Shown piece by piece: positions 1-10,774 of a stretch of 64,000 nucleotides of DNA (the first letter of the stretch is position 1; each line of letters starts with the position of its first letter). The DNA is from Nitrospirota bacterium (GTDB lineage: Bacteria; Nitrospirota; Nitrospiria; JACRHA01): positions 5,553 through 69,552 of the forward strand of contig JACRHA010000056.1 of assembly GCA_016234185.1 (NCBI GenBank). Direction: 5' to 3'. Below the pieces are notes generated by a model. That model was given only the letters and a program-made list of their open reading frames with translations, was not told where the DNA came from and ran no database searches. The translations under genes were made by a program, and so were the position numbers.

Positions 1-383
1 TTCTTAAGCATCCATTGCATCTGCTCCTTCTCAGCGCCTCCGTAACCAACCAATGCCAGCTTTACCTCTCTAGGTGTATATTCCATAACAGAAACAGATA
101 ATATCTCTGCTGCGATCAGCACAGCCCCCCTTGCCTGACCAAGCCTCACTGCCGTCTGAACATTTTTATGGAGAAAACTATTTTCTACGGCTATTGCATC
201 AGGACGACAGGTCTCAATTAATTCCTGCACCTTCAGGAATATCTCTTTGAGCTTCTTTGATATCGGATCATTTGGTCTTGAGGTGATTTCACCGGATACG
301 ACCAGAGAGATCCTGTCGGATGACTGCTCCACAAGTCCGTATCCAGCCTTAGAAGTCCCCGGGTCTATACCAAGCACCTTCAT
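1..383 (-). CDS. ruvC: Holliday junction resolvase RuvC (3' end beyond window)
   Basis: Manual translation from ATG 383: MKVLGIDPGTSKAGYGLV...DAIAVE...LGQARGAVL...EYTPREVKLALVGYGGAEKEQM; directly downstream of yebC. Confidence 0.93.
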   Translation of the reverse strand, partial: MKVLGIDPGTSKAGYGLVEQSSDRISLVVSGEITSRPNDPISKKLKEIFLKVQELIETCRPDAIAVENSFLHKNVQTAVRLGQARGAVLIAAEILSVSVMEYTPREVKLALVGYGGAEKEQMQWMLK

Positions 384-390
384 ATTTTCA

Positions 391-1143
391 TTATCCGGTA
401 GAGACCTTTTCCATTATCTCATCAGGGATATCGAAGTTGGCATATACCTTATGGACATCATCATGGTCTTCCAGCGCCTCCATCAGCTTCAGCATCTGCT
501 CGGCCTCTTTTCCCTCCAGCCTTATATAGCTCTGCGGCATCATTGTAACCTCGCTTAAGGCCATCTCTATGCCGTTCTCTTTTACCCTGTTTTTTACATG
601 TTCAAAATCATGGGGGGTTGTTATTATCTCGTAGTTGCTCTCGTCAGATTTTATATCCTCTGCACCTGCCTCAAGGGCAAGGTTCATCAGATTTTCCTCA
701 TCGGCCTTAGCCCTTTCCACAACAATATATCCCTTCTTTGAAAACATCCAGGAGACACAACCTGCCTCACCCATATTGCCGCCATGCTTGCTCATGATAT
801 TCCTTATCTCAGAGACGGTCCTGTTCTTATTATCAGTGGTGATCTCAATAAGCAATGCCGCGCCTCCTGGTCCATATCCTTCATAGACAGACTCTTCATA
901 TGTCACACCGGGAAGCTCACCTGTCCCCCTCTGTACCGCCTTCTTGATATTGTCCGCAGGCATATTGGCCTCTTTGGCCTTTAGTATTGCTGTCCTAAGA
1001 CGGGGGTTTCCCTCAGGATCTCCGCCCCCTTGCCTGGCAGCTATTGTAAGTTCCCTGATGATCTTCGTGAATATCTTACCCCTCTTGGCATCAACGGCCA
1101 TCTTCTTATGCTTGGTAGTTGCCCACTTAGAATGTCCTGACAT
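391..1143 (-). CDS. yebC: YebC/PmpR family protein
   Basis: [42 protein letters not shown] motifs. Confidence 0.97.
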   Translation of the reverse strand: MSGHSKWATTKHKKMAVDAKRGKIFTKIIRELTIAARQGGGDPEGNPRLRTAILKAKEANMPADNIKKAVQRGTGELPGVTYEESVYEGYGPGGAALLIEITTDNKNRTVSEIRNIMSKHGGNMGEAGCVSWMFSKKGYIVVERAKADEENLMNLALEAGAEDIKSDESNYEIITTPHDFEHVKNRVKENGIEMALSEVTMMPQSYIRLEGKEAEQMLKLMEALEDHDDVHKVYANFDIPDEIMEKVSTG

Positions 1144-1401
1144 CTTACCTCCTAAGACAATTTAGTATCGTCAAACCTATTCTATCTCTTACCACACCCG
1201 GTATAAATAGTCAATTCTTTTCCGAAGCATTCTTTTCCGAAGCATCCGAAACAGGCATTGTTTTATATTCTGTCATCCCAAAATGATAATCTCCTGTTTG
1301 GCCAATACCGTATTCGCTGTAAAACGTAGGACCAATAATTTAGATAGTTGAAAGATACTGTTATTTATGGTAATTTTAAACTGTTCATAAGGGTTCAAAA
1401 T

Positions 1402-1803
1402 ATGGCTGAGTCAGAAGAGGAAAAGGGGTTTAATGTCACTGATAAGAGGCGGGTGACCCTTGATGACCAGGGCACGGATTCTCCAAAGGCAGAACCTCCT
1501 CCAAGGATGGATCAGGATATAAAAAAGGAGGAAGAGAGACCAACGGGGATAGACTTCTCAACCTTTATCCTCTCCCTTGGAAGCTCCACCTTGATCTTAC
1601 TTGGGGTTGTGGAGGATCCGATCAAGGGAGAAAAGATGGTAAATCTGCCTCAGGCAAGGGAGATGATAGACCTGCTTACCATACTGAAAGAGAAGACAAA
1701 GGGAAATCTTAACAAGGAGGAGGGGATCCTTCTTGATAATCTCCTCTTTGATCTGAGAATGAGATATGTGGAAAAAAAAGAGAAATCAATTAAGCAAGGA
1801 TGA
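1402..1803 (+). CDS. DUF1844 family protein
   Basis: GFNVTDKRR N-terminus, IDFSTFILSL, AREMIDLLTILKEKTKGNL, LRMRYV; ATG at 1402 chosen. Confidence 0.85.
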   Translation: MAESEEEKGFNVTDKRRVTLDDQGTDSPKAEPPPRMDQDIKKEEERPTGIDFSTFILSLGSSTLILLGVVEDPIKGEKMVNLPQAREMIDLLTILKEKTKGNLNKEEGILLDNLLFDLRMRYVEKKEKSIKQG

Positions 1804-4800
1804 GGATCATGCAGAACCTAACGACCTGAAGACCCCCCCTTCACCTGCAAAAAAGATTTTAATCCTTCTTCTGATCCTTTTCCTCATTGTATCTACAAAT
1901 ATCTTCCTCCATTCCAACCTCCTTTCTGAGATGATACATCCCATTATAGTGACGCAACTCGAGAAGGTCTTCGGAGAGGGCGTTAGGATTGGGAAGGTAA
2001 GTCTTAATCTCCTGCCAACATCTATCGAGATAACGGACTTTTCTCTGATAGGACCGGTTGATCACCATAAGACGCCACTCTTCAGTGCAAAAAAAGTCAG
2101 GGTTAACTTTTCGCCCCTGTCATTAATTACAGAGGTCTTTCTAATAAAAAAGATATCTTTGACAGAACCAGTAGTGACTATATTGGAATATGGGAAGGAT
2201 ATTAGCATTAAATCTCTTCTTAATCCCATGTCTGCTGCTGGAAGCGGCAGCAGGAAGAAGGTAATAGTAATCAGGAGGATTGAAATAAGAGAGGGCGGGG
2301 TGAATATCAAGGCAATGGATGGTGGGTTGGAGGCTCAAATCGCAGGTCTCAATGCAGTGATAGAGCCCGATCTAACTATGCAAAACTATCAGATCTCAGC
2401 CTCTTTGAGGGATATTATGCTGAGTGTATCCGGCGCTACAAGGCGACTTGCCCAGGTAGAGTGGAAGGCCGCCCTCCACCCCGATTATCTTGAGATTAGG
2501 AGATTAGAAGCCGGATCAGGGGATCTGTTGCTCAGCCTTATGGGAACAATCAGCGGTTTCGAGGAACCGAGAATTAACCTGGAGGTAAAGTCTTCAACAG
2601 GGCTTGATGACATCGATAGATTATACCCACCCCTCAAAGGTATTAATGGAAAGGCGGAGGCCGCGGGAGAGATCAGCGGCAAATATCCTGATATCCTCTG
2701 GAGGGGCCGGCTATCTCTGAAGAACCTTTCCTATGAATCTTCGCCGCTTGGAGAGATGAGCTCTGCTGTCTCCCTATCCAGGGATCAGATTATGTTCTCA
2801 AATGCCTCAGCCGATATATTTGGCGGACATCTAACAGGGAATATGACAAGCTCCATTTCCCCAAAAGAAGGGCCGAGATACCACCTGCAACTTATCTTTG
2901 AAAAGATTAAGACTGAGGAGGTAAAGAAAATAATACCCGAAGGATTCCCTGTTCCTGGCAAAACAATAGACGGAAATATATCGTTGCAAGGTATAGGTTT
3001 GAACAGGGAGTCTTTGAGTGGAGATGGCGAAATAAGGATATCCGGCAGGCCCGATGAGATTAAGGACAAGTCAAGCGCCTCCTGGAAGGAGATCCTCATC
3101 TCGCTCCCAGAGGATATTCAGCTTGCATTTACGATATCTGCCGGTGATCTCAATATCAGGACAATGAAGATATCCTCCGCCGGTTCAATTCTTGAGATGA
3201 GTGGACAGGTGTTCAAAAACAACGACATGGATCTCTCAGTCCGTTCAGGTATCAGGGTAATGAAGACCTTTCTGGAAGGGTCAGGTATTACAGATCTGGC
3301 AGGGGACATTGATTTGGCAGGCAAGCTCAGGGGAAATATATCATCCCCGCTCTTTCAGGGAAAGATCGAGATGAATGATGTCCTCATTAAAGGGGTAAGT
3401 ATCAATAGATTTAGTTCCAATATAGTCCTGACAAAAGAAGAGATCGAACTGTCGAATGCCCTGGCTGAAACAGGTGTCGCAACATATAAATTTAATGGAA
3501 AGATTGCCTGGAGGGATGGCATTAATAACCCTTACATAGATCTGGCAGTAAAGATAAACAGCGGATCTCCCGCAGAGATCGCCCGGATGTTCCATAAAGA
3601 GGTCAGGATTAATACACCTATTACCGGAGAGATGTCGGTTAAAGGATATGTCAGGGAGTTGAATCTCCTTGCAAACCTGTCAATAAGGCAGGGAGAGATC
3701 TACGGGCAATCTATCGATTCAGGCAGGGCAGATCTAGCTATCAATAATATGGGAATCAGGATCTCAACGTTTATCCTGAAAAAAAATAAAAGTATACTTA
3801 AGGGGACAGGCTGGATCGGATTTGACGGGGCATTCAAATCTACAATGAAGGCAGAGGCCCTCGGGCTCGAAGACCTTGATATTATTTCAGACAGGATCCC
3901 GAATATAAAAGGAAAGGCCTCCATTGAGTTATCCGGCGCCGGCACATTTACCAAACCGCAGATACTGGGCGGCATCTCTATTATCGGCCTCTCTTATCAG
4001 GGGTCTGATATGGGGGATGCAAGGATCGAGGTATGGACTCAGGCTGAGGATCTGAATTTTAAGGCCAGGATCAATGACCGGCTCACGGCAAAAGGAAAGG
4101 TGGGCCTGAAGGGCAGCCTTCCGGTTGCGGCAGATATCAGTCTTACTGATATGCCGGTTGGTATATTCCTGGACCTTGTTCATCCTGAACTTCCCTCCAG
4201 GGTGTCGGCCGTGACATCAGGGAGGGTTTCAATAAACGGGAACCTCGCCGATCCGAAGTCGATCCATACCGACATTCTTCTTACAAATCTGAATATTGAC
4301 ATATCGGGCTACCAGGTGAGAAACGACAAGAAGATCTCTATTGAAATAAAGGGAGAGGAAGCCAGGATTGTCTCATTTAGTTTACGCGGGGAAGGTACCT
4401 TAATTAATATAAAGGGAGGATCAATTGCCCGGAACGAGCTAAATATCTTTGTAGAGGGTGAAGCTGACCTGAGCCTGCTCAAGCTATTCACAAGGGATAT
4501 CGCTCTTAGCAAAGGGAGGGCTGTCTTTGCCCTGACAGTATCGGATAAATGGGAGGATCCCAAGATCAGGGGAGACCTAAAGGTAATTGGTGGTATAGTA
4601 AGGACCAATATAGTACTGACCCAGTCGATTAATATAACTGCAATGAACTTACTCTTCAATGAACGCCAAATCCTTCTTGAAAAATTTGAAGGCCTTGTGG
4701 GAAGCGGGAACATACATGGTTCGGGAAAGATAGACATCAAGAATATGTCTGTTGCCGGCATAGAGATGATCCTGGAATTTAAGGAAGTAAGACACGCCTT

Positions 4801-5707
4801 GATATCTGACTTTAATTCCATGATCGATGGTACGCTCATCTTTCAGGCAAATAATAAGTCAAGAAGGCTTACCGGGGAGATCGATATCAAGAAGGGTAAG
4901 TACGAGAAACGGATAGATATGAACAGGTGGCTAATCGAGGTCAGGAAGATCACCTCTGCCCAGAGGCCTGCCAAGGCATCAAATGATGTCTCCTTAAATA
5001 TCCATTTTTATGGAAAGGATGGGATATGGATAAATAATAATATTGCCAAGATTCCGCTTGAACTGGATCTGTATCTTAAGGGCTCTGTAAACAGGCCTGT
5101 ATTATTAGGGAGGATAGATGCAAATGATGGGTCTGTCTTTTTCAGAGGGAACGAATTTAAGGTAAAATCAGGCACAGTAGATTTCCTTGATCCGAAGGCA
5201 ACCAAACCGCAGTTTGACTTCAAGATCAACACAAAAGTAAGGACATATAAGATTGATACCAGTCTGGCAGGAACCCTGGATCGTTTTGACCTGCAGCTCT
5301 CATCAAATCCCCCTCTGAGCGAGACTGATATCCTTGCCCTCCTTACAGTAGGAAGGACTTCGACTGAGTTTACTCAGACCCAGAAGAATATAGGGAAGGA
5401 GGCGGCAGCCTCCCTGCTGGTAGAAGAGCTTGTTCAGGAGAAGGTTCAGGGCATAACGGGTGTGGACCGCTTTCAGGTCGACCCATACTATTCAGGAGTT
5501 AAATCGTCATCCGGCCCTAAATTCACAGTAGAAAAGAAACTGCTGGATGACAGGATGTCTGTTACCTATGCCTCTACGCTGGATCCTTCTGTTGAGGAAT
5601 TGATCCAGGTAGAGTATAGGCTTGCAGGCAACATATCTCTGATCGGCACCAGGGATGAAAAGGGGTTGCTTGGGGGGGACATCAGATTCAGATTCGAATT
5701 CAAATAG
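1766..5707 (+). CDS. tamB: TamB/AsmA-like translocation and assembly module protein
   Basis: 1313 aa; N-terminal TM anchor, repetitive beta-rich body, C-terminal LSSNPPLSETDILALL; adjacent to Omp85 gene; start uncertain. Confidence 0.85.
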   Translation: MWKKKRNQLSKDEDHAEPNDLKTPPSPAKKILILLLILFLIVSTNIFLHSNLLSEMIHPIIVTQLEKVFGEGVRIGKVSLNLLPTSIEITDFSLIGPVDHHKTPLFSAKKVRVNFSPLSLITEVFLIKKISLTEPVVTILEYGKDISIKSLLNPMSAAGSGSRKKVIVIRRIEIREGGVNIKAMDGGLEAQIAGLNAVIEPDLTMQNYQISASLRDIMLSVSGATRRLAQVEWKAALHPDYLEIRRLEAGSGDLLLSLMGTISGFEEPRINLEVKSSTGLDDIDRLYPPLKGINGKAEAAGEISGKYPDILWRGRLSLKNLSYESSPLGEMSSAVSLSRDQIMFSNASADIFGGHLTGNMTSSISPKEGPRYHLQLIFEKIKTEEVKKIIPEGFPVPGKTIDGNISLQGIGLNRESLSGDGEIRISGRPDEIKDKSSASWKEILISLPEDIQLAFTISAGDLNIRTMKISSAGSILEMSGQVFKNNDMDLSVRSGIRVMKTFLEGSGITDLAGDIDLAGKLRGNISSPLFQGKIEMNDVLIKGVSINRFSSNIVLTKEEIELSNALAETGVATYKFNGKIAWRDGINNPYIDLAVKINSGSPAEIARMFHKEVRINTPITGEMSVKGYVRELNLLANLSIRQGEIYGQSIDSGRADLAINNMGIRISTFILKKNKSILKGTGWIGFDGAFKSTMKAEALGLEDLDIISDRIPNIKGKASIELSGAGTFTKPQILGGISIIGLSYQGSDMGDARIEVWTQAEDLNFKARINDRLTAKGKVGLKGSLPVAADISLTDMPVGIFLDLVHPELPSRVSAVTSGRVSINGNLADPKSIHTDILLTNLNIDISGYQVRNDKKISIEIKGEEARIVSFSLRGEGTLINIKGGSIARNELNIFVEGEADLSLLKLFTRDIALSKGRAVFALTVSDKWEDPKIRGDLKVIGGIVRTNIVLTQSINITAMNLLFNERQILLEKFEGLVGSGNIHGSGKIDIKNMSVAGIEMILEFKEVRHALISDFNSMIDGTLIFQANNKSRRLTGEIDIKKGKYEKRIDMNRWLIEVRKITSAQRPAKASNDVSLNIHFYGKDGIWINNNIAKIPLELDLYLKGSVNRPVLLGRIDANDGSVFFRGNEFKVKSGTVDFLDPKATKPQFDFKINTKVRTYKIDTSLAGTLDRFDLQLSSNPPLSETDILALLTVGRTSTEFTQTQKNIGKEAAASLLVEELVQEKVQGITGVDRFQVDPYYSGVKSSSGPKFTVEKKLLDDRMSVTYASTLDPSVEELIQVEYRLAGNISLIGTRDEKGLLGGDIRFRFEFK

Positions 5708-5729
5708 CCTATTATCAGGATATCTGCCT

Positions 5730-5967
5730 AGCGAACAACGTGAGCGTGTGAGGGGGAGGCTCCACAGGCTTTGCCGGTGGAGGGGGCGACGCTAGCCCCT
5801 GCAAATGAAAGCAGGAGTCAGGAGTCAGGAGAACAGTATTCAGTAGTCAGAATACAGGAGTCAGGAGGAAAGTCTAGAGCCTGAATATTCTAAACAGCGA
5901 GCGAATGCGAGCGTTGAGGGGGAGGCTCCATCCGGCTTTGCCGGTGGAGGGGGCGACGCTAGCCCCT
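5730..5967 (+). repeat. Composite repeat: core element (5730-5800) + GGAGTCA-heptamer linker module + core element (5896-5967)
   Basis: Two copies of AGCGAGC...GAGGGGGAGGCTCCA..GGCTTTGCCGGTGGAGGGGGCGACGC.AGCCCCT around AATGAAAGC(GGAGTCA)n...CTAAAC. Confidence 0.95.
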
Positions 5968-5976
5968 TTAAAAAGG

Positions 5977-8769
5977 ATGGATCATAAATTAAGCCAGGCT
6001 TCTTGTATCTGCCTTATCTCTCTTTCTCTGTTTATTGCTTTAAATTTTACATCCCCCTTTCTCTATGCCTCTGAATCTAAAATGGAGGGCAAAAAGATTA
6101 CATCTATAGAGATAAAAACAGAAGGGGGTGAGAGGATAGAGTGGTTAAAGGATATGATAAGCATAAGGGAGGGGGATCTCTATTCCTCCAGGGCTGTAAG
6201 GAGGAGCCTTGACCAGCTTTATAAGGACGGGCGTTTTAAGGATATCATTATAGACGCAGAGCTTGCGGACAGAGGGGTTGTCCTGACCTATACATTGATT
6301 GAGAAGGAGATTATATCTGAGATTGTAATCTCTGGAAACTGGTTTGTAACAACAAAAGAACTCATGGAGAAGATAAGGGCGAGTGAAGGCGAGGAGATTA
6401 CAGATGACCTGTTAAGAGAGATATTGTCGGATCTGATCTCCTATTACCACAAAAAAGGTTTTTTCCATGCAGAGGTCGAAGAGGTGGTAAAGAGAGGAAG
6501 GGGGATAAAGGCCAGGACCCTGCTCAGGCTAAATATCAGGGAGGGAAAAAGGACAAGGATACGTGAGTTAAGATTCACAGGAGAGAGGGTCTACCCGGAT
6601 ATAAACCTCCTCTTCAAGATCAGGATGGGAAAGGGAGAGTTCTTTTCAGGCGAAACACTGGAGAGGGATATGGTGTCCCTGGAGAACTTCTATAAGGATA
6701 ACGGATATTTTAACGCGATTATCGGACCCCCGGAAGTTCAATACAATAAAGAATTAAACGAGGTAGATATACAGATACCAATAGAGGCAGGTCGTCATAC
6801 AAAGATCGTCTTTGAAGGAAACAGTGCACTTTCCAGGGATAAACTTGAACCGCTCCTTCTGATAAAAGAGGAAAGGAGTTCTGATGATGATGTACTGAAG
6901 GCCTCCATGGAGAGGATCGAGGGGCTTTATAAGACCAAAGGGTATATGTTGGCAAAGGCAGAATACACCGGGAATGTTAAACCCGAAATGAACGAGACAG
7001 AGATAGCGATTAAGATAATGGAGGGGAAAAAGGTCTCGTTAAGGGAGATCGTATTTGAGGGTAACAGTTATTTTTCCTCAAAGGAGTTAAAGAAATTGAT
7101 GGAACAAAAAGAAGAGGGTTATCTGTTCTCATCAATACTGGACAGGAATAAACTTGAGGACGATATGAACCGGATACAAGCCCTGTACTATAAGAACGGG
7201 TTTATCGGGGTGAAGATTAAAGAAGAGACCTACATAGATGACGCAAAAGAAAATATGGTTTTAATCCTGAAAATAGATGAGGGGGTACAAACCTTTGTTG
7301 ACAGGATAGAGATACATGGAAACAGGCTCTTTTCTGAAAAGGAACTTTTAGACAATATTCCCTTAAAACCCGGAGCGCCTTACCTGGAGACATCTGCCCG
7401 CGATGGACAGCTTAATATCCTGACGCTATACGCAAAGATGGGTTATATATATGCCAATGTCAATCTAAAACCGGTCTTAAGGGATGATCAGAGGGGGGTT
7501 GAACTTTTATATCTCATTGATGAAGACAGGCCTGCCTCTATTGGAAGGATAGTGACAAGAGGGAATGATTTTACAAGGTCAAGGGTAATCTTGAGGGAGC
7601 TTATTATTCACGAAGGCGAGCCATACGATTATGAGAAGATCCTAAGGAGTCAGCAAAGGATATATCAGTTGGGATTTTTCAGTGATGTGAGGGTAGAGCC
7701 CTTCAGGGCAGGAGAAAAAGAATATATTAAAGATATGGTAATTGCCGTCAAGGAAAAGAATGCAGGTGCAGTCGATTTTGGTATAGGCTATGGTGATGTT
7801 GAGAGGTTAAGGGGGTTTAGCGAGATATCTCAATCCAACCTGTTCGGGACAGGCAGATATGCGAGCTTAAGGGGTGACTTAAGCCGGATCGAGAGGAAGT
7901 TTTCCTTAAATTATAAGGAGCCGCGGGTCTTAAATCTCCCGGTAGATGCAAGGATCGGCCTGGTGGATCTTACACAGAAGAGGATCACCTCGGACACAAG
8001 GGATGTGCTCTATGAGCTAAGGCAGGCGGGAGGAACCCTCGGCCTGGATAAGGGCTTTACTCCATCTGTAAAGGGGTCTTTTCTCTACCAGTTTGAGGCC
8101 AATAAGCTGCTGGATGTTAAACCGGGCGCAGTCCTGGCGCCGGAGGATGAAGGAAGGGTAACCATAGGCAGTATTAATCTTTCGCTGGAGAGGGACAGCA
8201 GGGACGACCCATTCAATCCATCAAGAGGGTCGGTGAACGGAATCCTTCTTAAGGATGCAGCATTCTCCCTGGGATCCGATGTACAGTTTTTTAAGGCATC
8301 CCTTCAGAGCAGCTGGTATTTCCCGGTTACAAGATGGTTCGTCCTTGCCTTATCAGCGAAGGGCGGGGCTGCAAAGAATTTTGGCGAGACCCTTGCTGTC
8401 CCGATCAGCGAGAGATTCTTCCTGGGCGGGAGGAGCACGGTAAGGGGTTACCTGCAGGATTCGCTCGGTATCCCCGGCGTTACAGTAATAGACGGAACAC
8501 CTACCGGTGGAAATGCGATGCTCCTTGTAAATGGCGAATTCAGGATATCACTCTTTTGGGGATTGGGCCTTGTGACATTTCTCGATGGAGGCAACGTATG
8601 GCCGGAATACAACGAGATCAACGTCTCGGAGATGAAATATTCCGCGGGGGTCGGTCTAAGATACAATACCCCCATAGGGCCATTCAGGTTAGATTTAGGA
8701 TACAAGCTTGAGCCGGAGCCTGGTGAAAGCAGCTCAGAATTGCATTTTACCCTGGGTCATACCTTTTAA
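5977..8769 (+). CDS. Omp85 family outer-membrane assembly factor (BamA/TamA-like, multiple POTRA domains)
   Basis: POTRA-like repeats, RFFLGGRSTVRGY, YSAGVGLRYNTPIGPFRLD, terminal F; start moved to ATG 5977 because the upstream part is repeat-derived. Confidence 0.92.
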   Translation: MDHKLSQASCICLISLSLFIALNFTSPFLYASESKMEGKKITSIEIKTEGGERIEWLKDMISIREGDLYSSRAVRRSLDQLYKDGRFKDIIIDAELADRGVVLTYTLIEKEIISEIVISGNWFVTTKELMEKIRASEGEEITDDLLREILSDLISYYHKKGFFHAEVEEVVKRGRGIKARTLLRLNIREGKRTRIRELRFTGERVYPDINLLFKIRMGKGEFFSGETLERDMVSLENFYKDNGYFNAIIGPPEVQYNKELNEVDIQIPIEAGRHTKIVFEGNSALSRDKLEPLLLIKEERSSDDDVLKASMERIEGLYKTKGYMLAKAEYTGNVKPEMNETEIAIKIMEGKKVSLREIVFEGNSYFSSKELKKLMEQKEEGYLFSSILDRNKLEDDMNRIQALYYKNGFIGVKIKEETYIDDAKENMVLILKIDEGVQTFVDRIEIHGNRLFSEKELLDNIPLKPGAPYLETSARDGQLNILTLYAKMGYIYANVNLKPVLRDDQRGVELLYLIDEDRPASIGRIVTRGNDFTRSRVILRELIIHEGEPYDYEKILRSQQRIYQLGFFSDVRVEPFRAGEKEYIKDMVIAVKEKNAGAVDFGIGYGDVERLRGFSEISQSNLFGTGRYASLRGDLSRIERKFSLNYKEPRVLNLPVDARIGLVDLTQKRITSDTRDVLYELRQAGGTLGLDKGFTPSVKGSFLYQFEANKLLDVKPGAVLAPEDEGRVTIGSINLSLERDSRDDPFNPSRGSVNGILLKDAAFSLGSDVQFFKASLQSSWYFPVTRWFVLALSAKGGAAKNFGETLAVPISERFFLGGRSTVRGYLQDSLGIPGVTVIDGTPTGGNAMLLVNGEFRISLFWGLGLVTFLDGGNVWPEYNEINVSEMKYSAGVGLRYNTPIGPFRLDLGYKLEPEPGESSSELHFTLGHTF

Positions 8770-8779
8770 TTATGTAACT

Positions 8780-10168
8780 ATGGAAAACAGGACATTTAAC
8801 AGATCAATCAATCTGGCCATACTCATTCTTGCGGCGATAGCTATATATATCGGCTATTCCATATTTCATCAGGATGGAGATGAGGTCAGGATATATGAAA
8901 GTCCCCCTCCCCTGCCGGGTAAGAAAGAAGAAACCCCTAGAGAAAACCCTGTAGTACCGGCGCCGGAGACCAGGAGCAATACAATTAAAGACGATGCCTC
9001 AACAGATCTATTTAACGAGGAGGGACTCCGGTTTTATAACCAGGGGAGATATGAAGAGGCAGCAGATTCTTTCAGGAGGGCGCATGAGAAGGATAAAAAT
9101 AATGATGCCTTAAAGATGAACCTTGCCTACACTGAAAGCAGGCTTGGCTGGAGAGAGATAGAGGCAGGGAGATACGGGGAATCATTGAGATACTTCAGGG
9201 AGGCCATGGAGTTTAATGATAAAGTACCGGATTCATATTTCGGTATGGGGTTTGCCCTTCATAAATTAAAGGATGATGACAGGGCGATAGAGTCAATAAA
9301 CAGGGGACTGGCCATAGATCCAAAGAGGACAGAGGGGTACAAGTTGCTGGCAGAGATACATTATCATAAAGATAACACAGAGCTGGCTATTAGTAATCTT
9401 GAGGCAGCATTAAAGCTTGCCCCCAACGACAACAACCTGAAGGGAATGCTTACAAAGATCAACAGGGAGAAGAAAGCAGAAGGAGGCTTTCAGCAGGAGG
9501 CAACAGAACATTTTACAGTAAGGTTCGAAGGGAGGGAAGAGAGGGATATAGCCAGGGTAATAACCATTATCCTTGAAGAGGCATACAGGGAGGTCGGCGC
9601 CTCCTTCTCTTTTTATCCTGGGGATCCAACTACTGTCATCCTCTATTCCGAGGAAAAGTTCCGGGACGTAACGCTCACTCCTGCTTGGACAAAGGGTATA
9701 TTTGATGGTAAGATAAGGCTTCCCGTTGGAGGGGCATTAAACGATAAGGAACTCCTTGAAAAGGTAATCTTTCATGAATATACACACGCTGTCATCCACA
9801 ATATCTCAGGTAAGGATGTCCCGCGGTGGCTGAATGAGGGTCTGGCCGTATATATGGAGCATGGGGATAAGGAGAGGCTTGAAGAGAGAATAATCAGTGA
9901 AATAAAAAAAGGCGGCAGGATAATCCCGCTGCATGAACTCCATGATTCCTTTATGGACAGCGAAGAATCAAGGGTGCCCATCCTTTATGCCGAAAGTTAT
10001 TCTGCTGTGGATTATCTGATAGATAGATACGGGATATTCAGGGTAAAGATCCTTCTTGAAGAGCTCTCCAGGGGGAGGGAGTTTAAGGAGGCATTCAGGG
10101 ATCTCTTTTTTATATCCTATGACGAATTCCAGTCCGCCTGGGAAAAGTCGATAATGAACAGGGTTTAA
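8780..10168 (+). CDS. Membrane-anchored TPR protein with C-terminal MA-clan metallopeptidase domain
   Basis: N-terminal TM, TPR helices, HEYTH zinc motif, PRWLNEGLA. Confidence 0.85.
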   Translation: MENRTFNRSINLAILILAAIAIYIGYSIFHQDGDEVRIYESPPPLPGKKEETPRENPVVPAPETRSNTIKDDASTDLFNEEGLRFYNQGRYEEAADSFRRAHEKDKNNDALKMNLAYTESRLGWREIEAGRYGESLRYFREAMEFNDKVPDSYFGMGFALHKLKDDDRAIESINRGLAIDPKRTEGYKLLAEIHYHKDNTELAISNLEAALKLAPNDNNLKGMLTKINREKKAEGGFQQEATEHFTVRFEGREERDIARVITIILEEAYREVGASFSFYPGDPTTVILYSEEKFRDVTLTPAWTKGIFDGKIRLPVGGALNDKELLEKVIFHEYTHAVIHNISGKDVPRWLNEGLAVYMEHGDKERLEERIISEIKKGGRIIPLHELHDSFMDSEESRVPILYAESYSAVDYLIDRYGIFRVKILLEELSRGREFKEAFRDLFFISYDEFQSAWEKSIMNRV

Positions 10169-10175
10169 ACTTAAA

Positions 10176-10772
10176 ATGAGCAGATTAGGCTTCCCGGTCT
10201 TTTTATTTATCATCTGTTTTTCATCCTCCGCTATCCTTTTCCCCTTTTCCGCGCTCGCAGATGATGAAAAGATCACAGACCTTTCCGTGACAATACAGAA
10301 TAAGGACATTTTGGTCTCAGCAAAGTTAATAAAGGCAATTAACAGCACTATTGAAGAAGATATTAAAAACGGAATCCCTAAAGATCTCTTTTATTATATC
10401 CTTTTAAAGAGAAAGCAGAATATATGGATCGACGAAGAGATCCTCTCAGTAACATTAAAATATACGATTAAATATGATATCTTAAAAAAACAGTATATTG
10501 TTACAAGCAGGGAGGGGACAAAAAATAGCCAGAGGGTTATTGAAAATTACCAGGAGATGGTGGACCTGAGCTCCAGGGTAAATAATGTTAAGCTTGCAGA
10601 TACTGATATATTAAATGCCAAGGAGTCTTACTATGTGAGTGTAAAAGCCCAGATGAAGGCTACAGCCATCCCCCTTCATCTCGACTATTTCTTTTTCTTC
10701 ATCCCATTCCTTGAGCTTGATACCCCCTGGGCTGACTCATCAATAATCTACCCCCAGGGGAAGGCTAAGTAG
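10176..10772 (+). CDS. DUF4390 family periplasmic protein
   Basis: Signal peptide, IKNGIP and IKYDILKKQY motifs; typical position upstream of ntrY. Confidence 0.75.
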   Translation: MSRLGFPVFLFIICFSSSAILFPFSALADDEKITDLSVTIQNKDILVSAKLIKAINSTIEEDIKNGIPKDLFYYILLKRKQNIWIDEEILSVTLKYTIKYDILKKQYIVTSREGTKNSQRVIENYQEMVDLSSRVNNVKLADTDILNAKESYYVSVKAQMKATAIPLHLDYFFFFIPFLELDTPWADSSIIYPQGKAK

Positions 10773-10774
10773 AG

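Noticed and set aside
1214..1247. Tandem duplication of ATTCTTTTCCGAAGC
   Set aside because: A single short local duplication with no further support.
5905..5976. N-terminal extension [16 protein letters not shown] on the Omp85 ORF
   Set aside because: Repeat-derived; ATG 5977 has an AAGG RBS and leads into a signal peptide, so it is not counted as an in-frame insertion.
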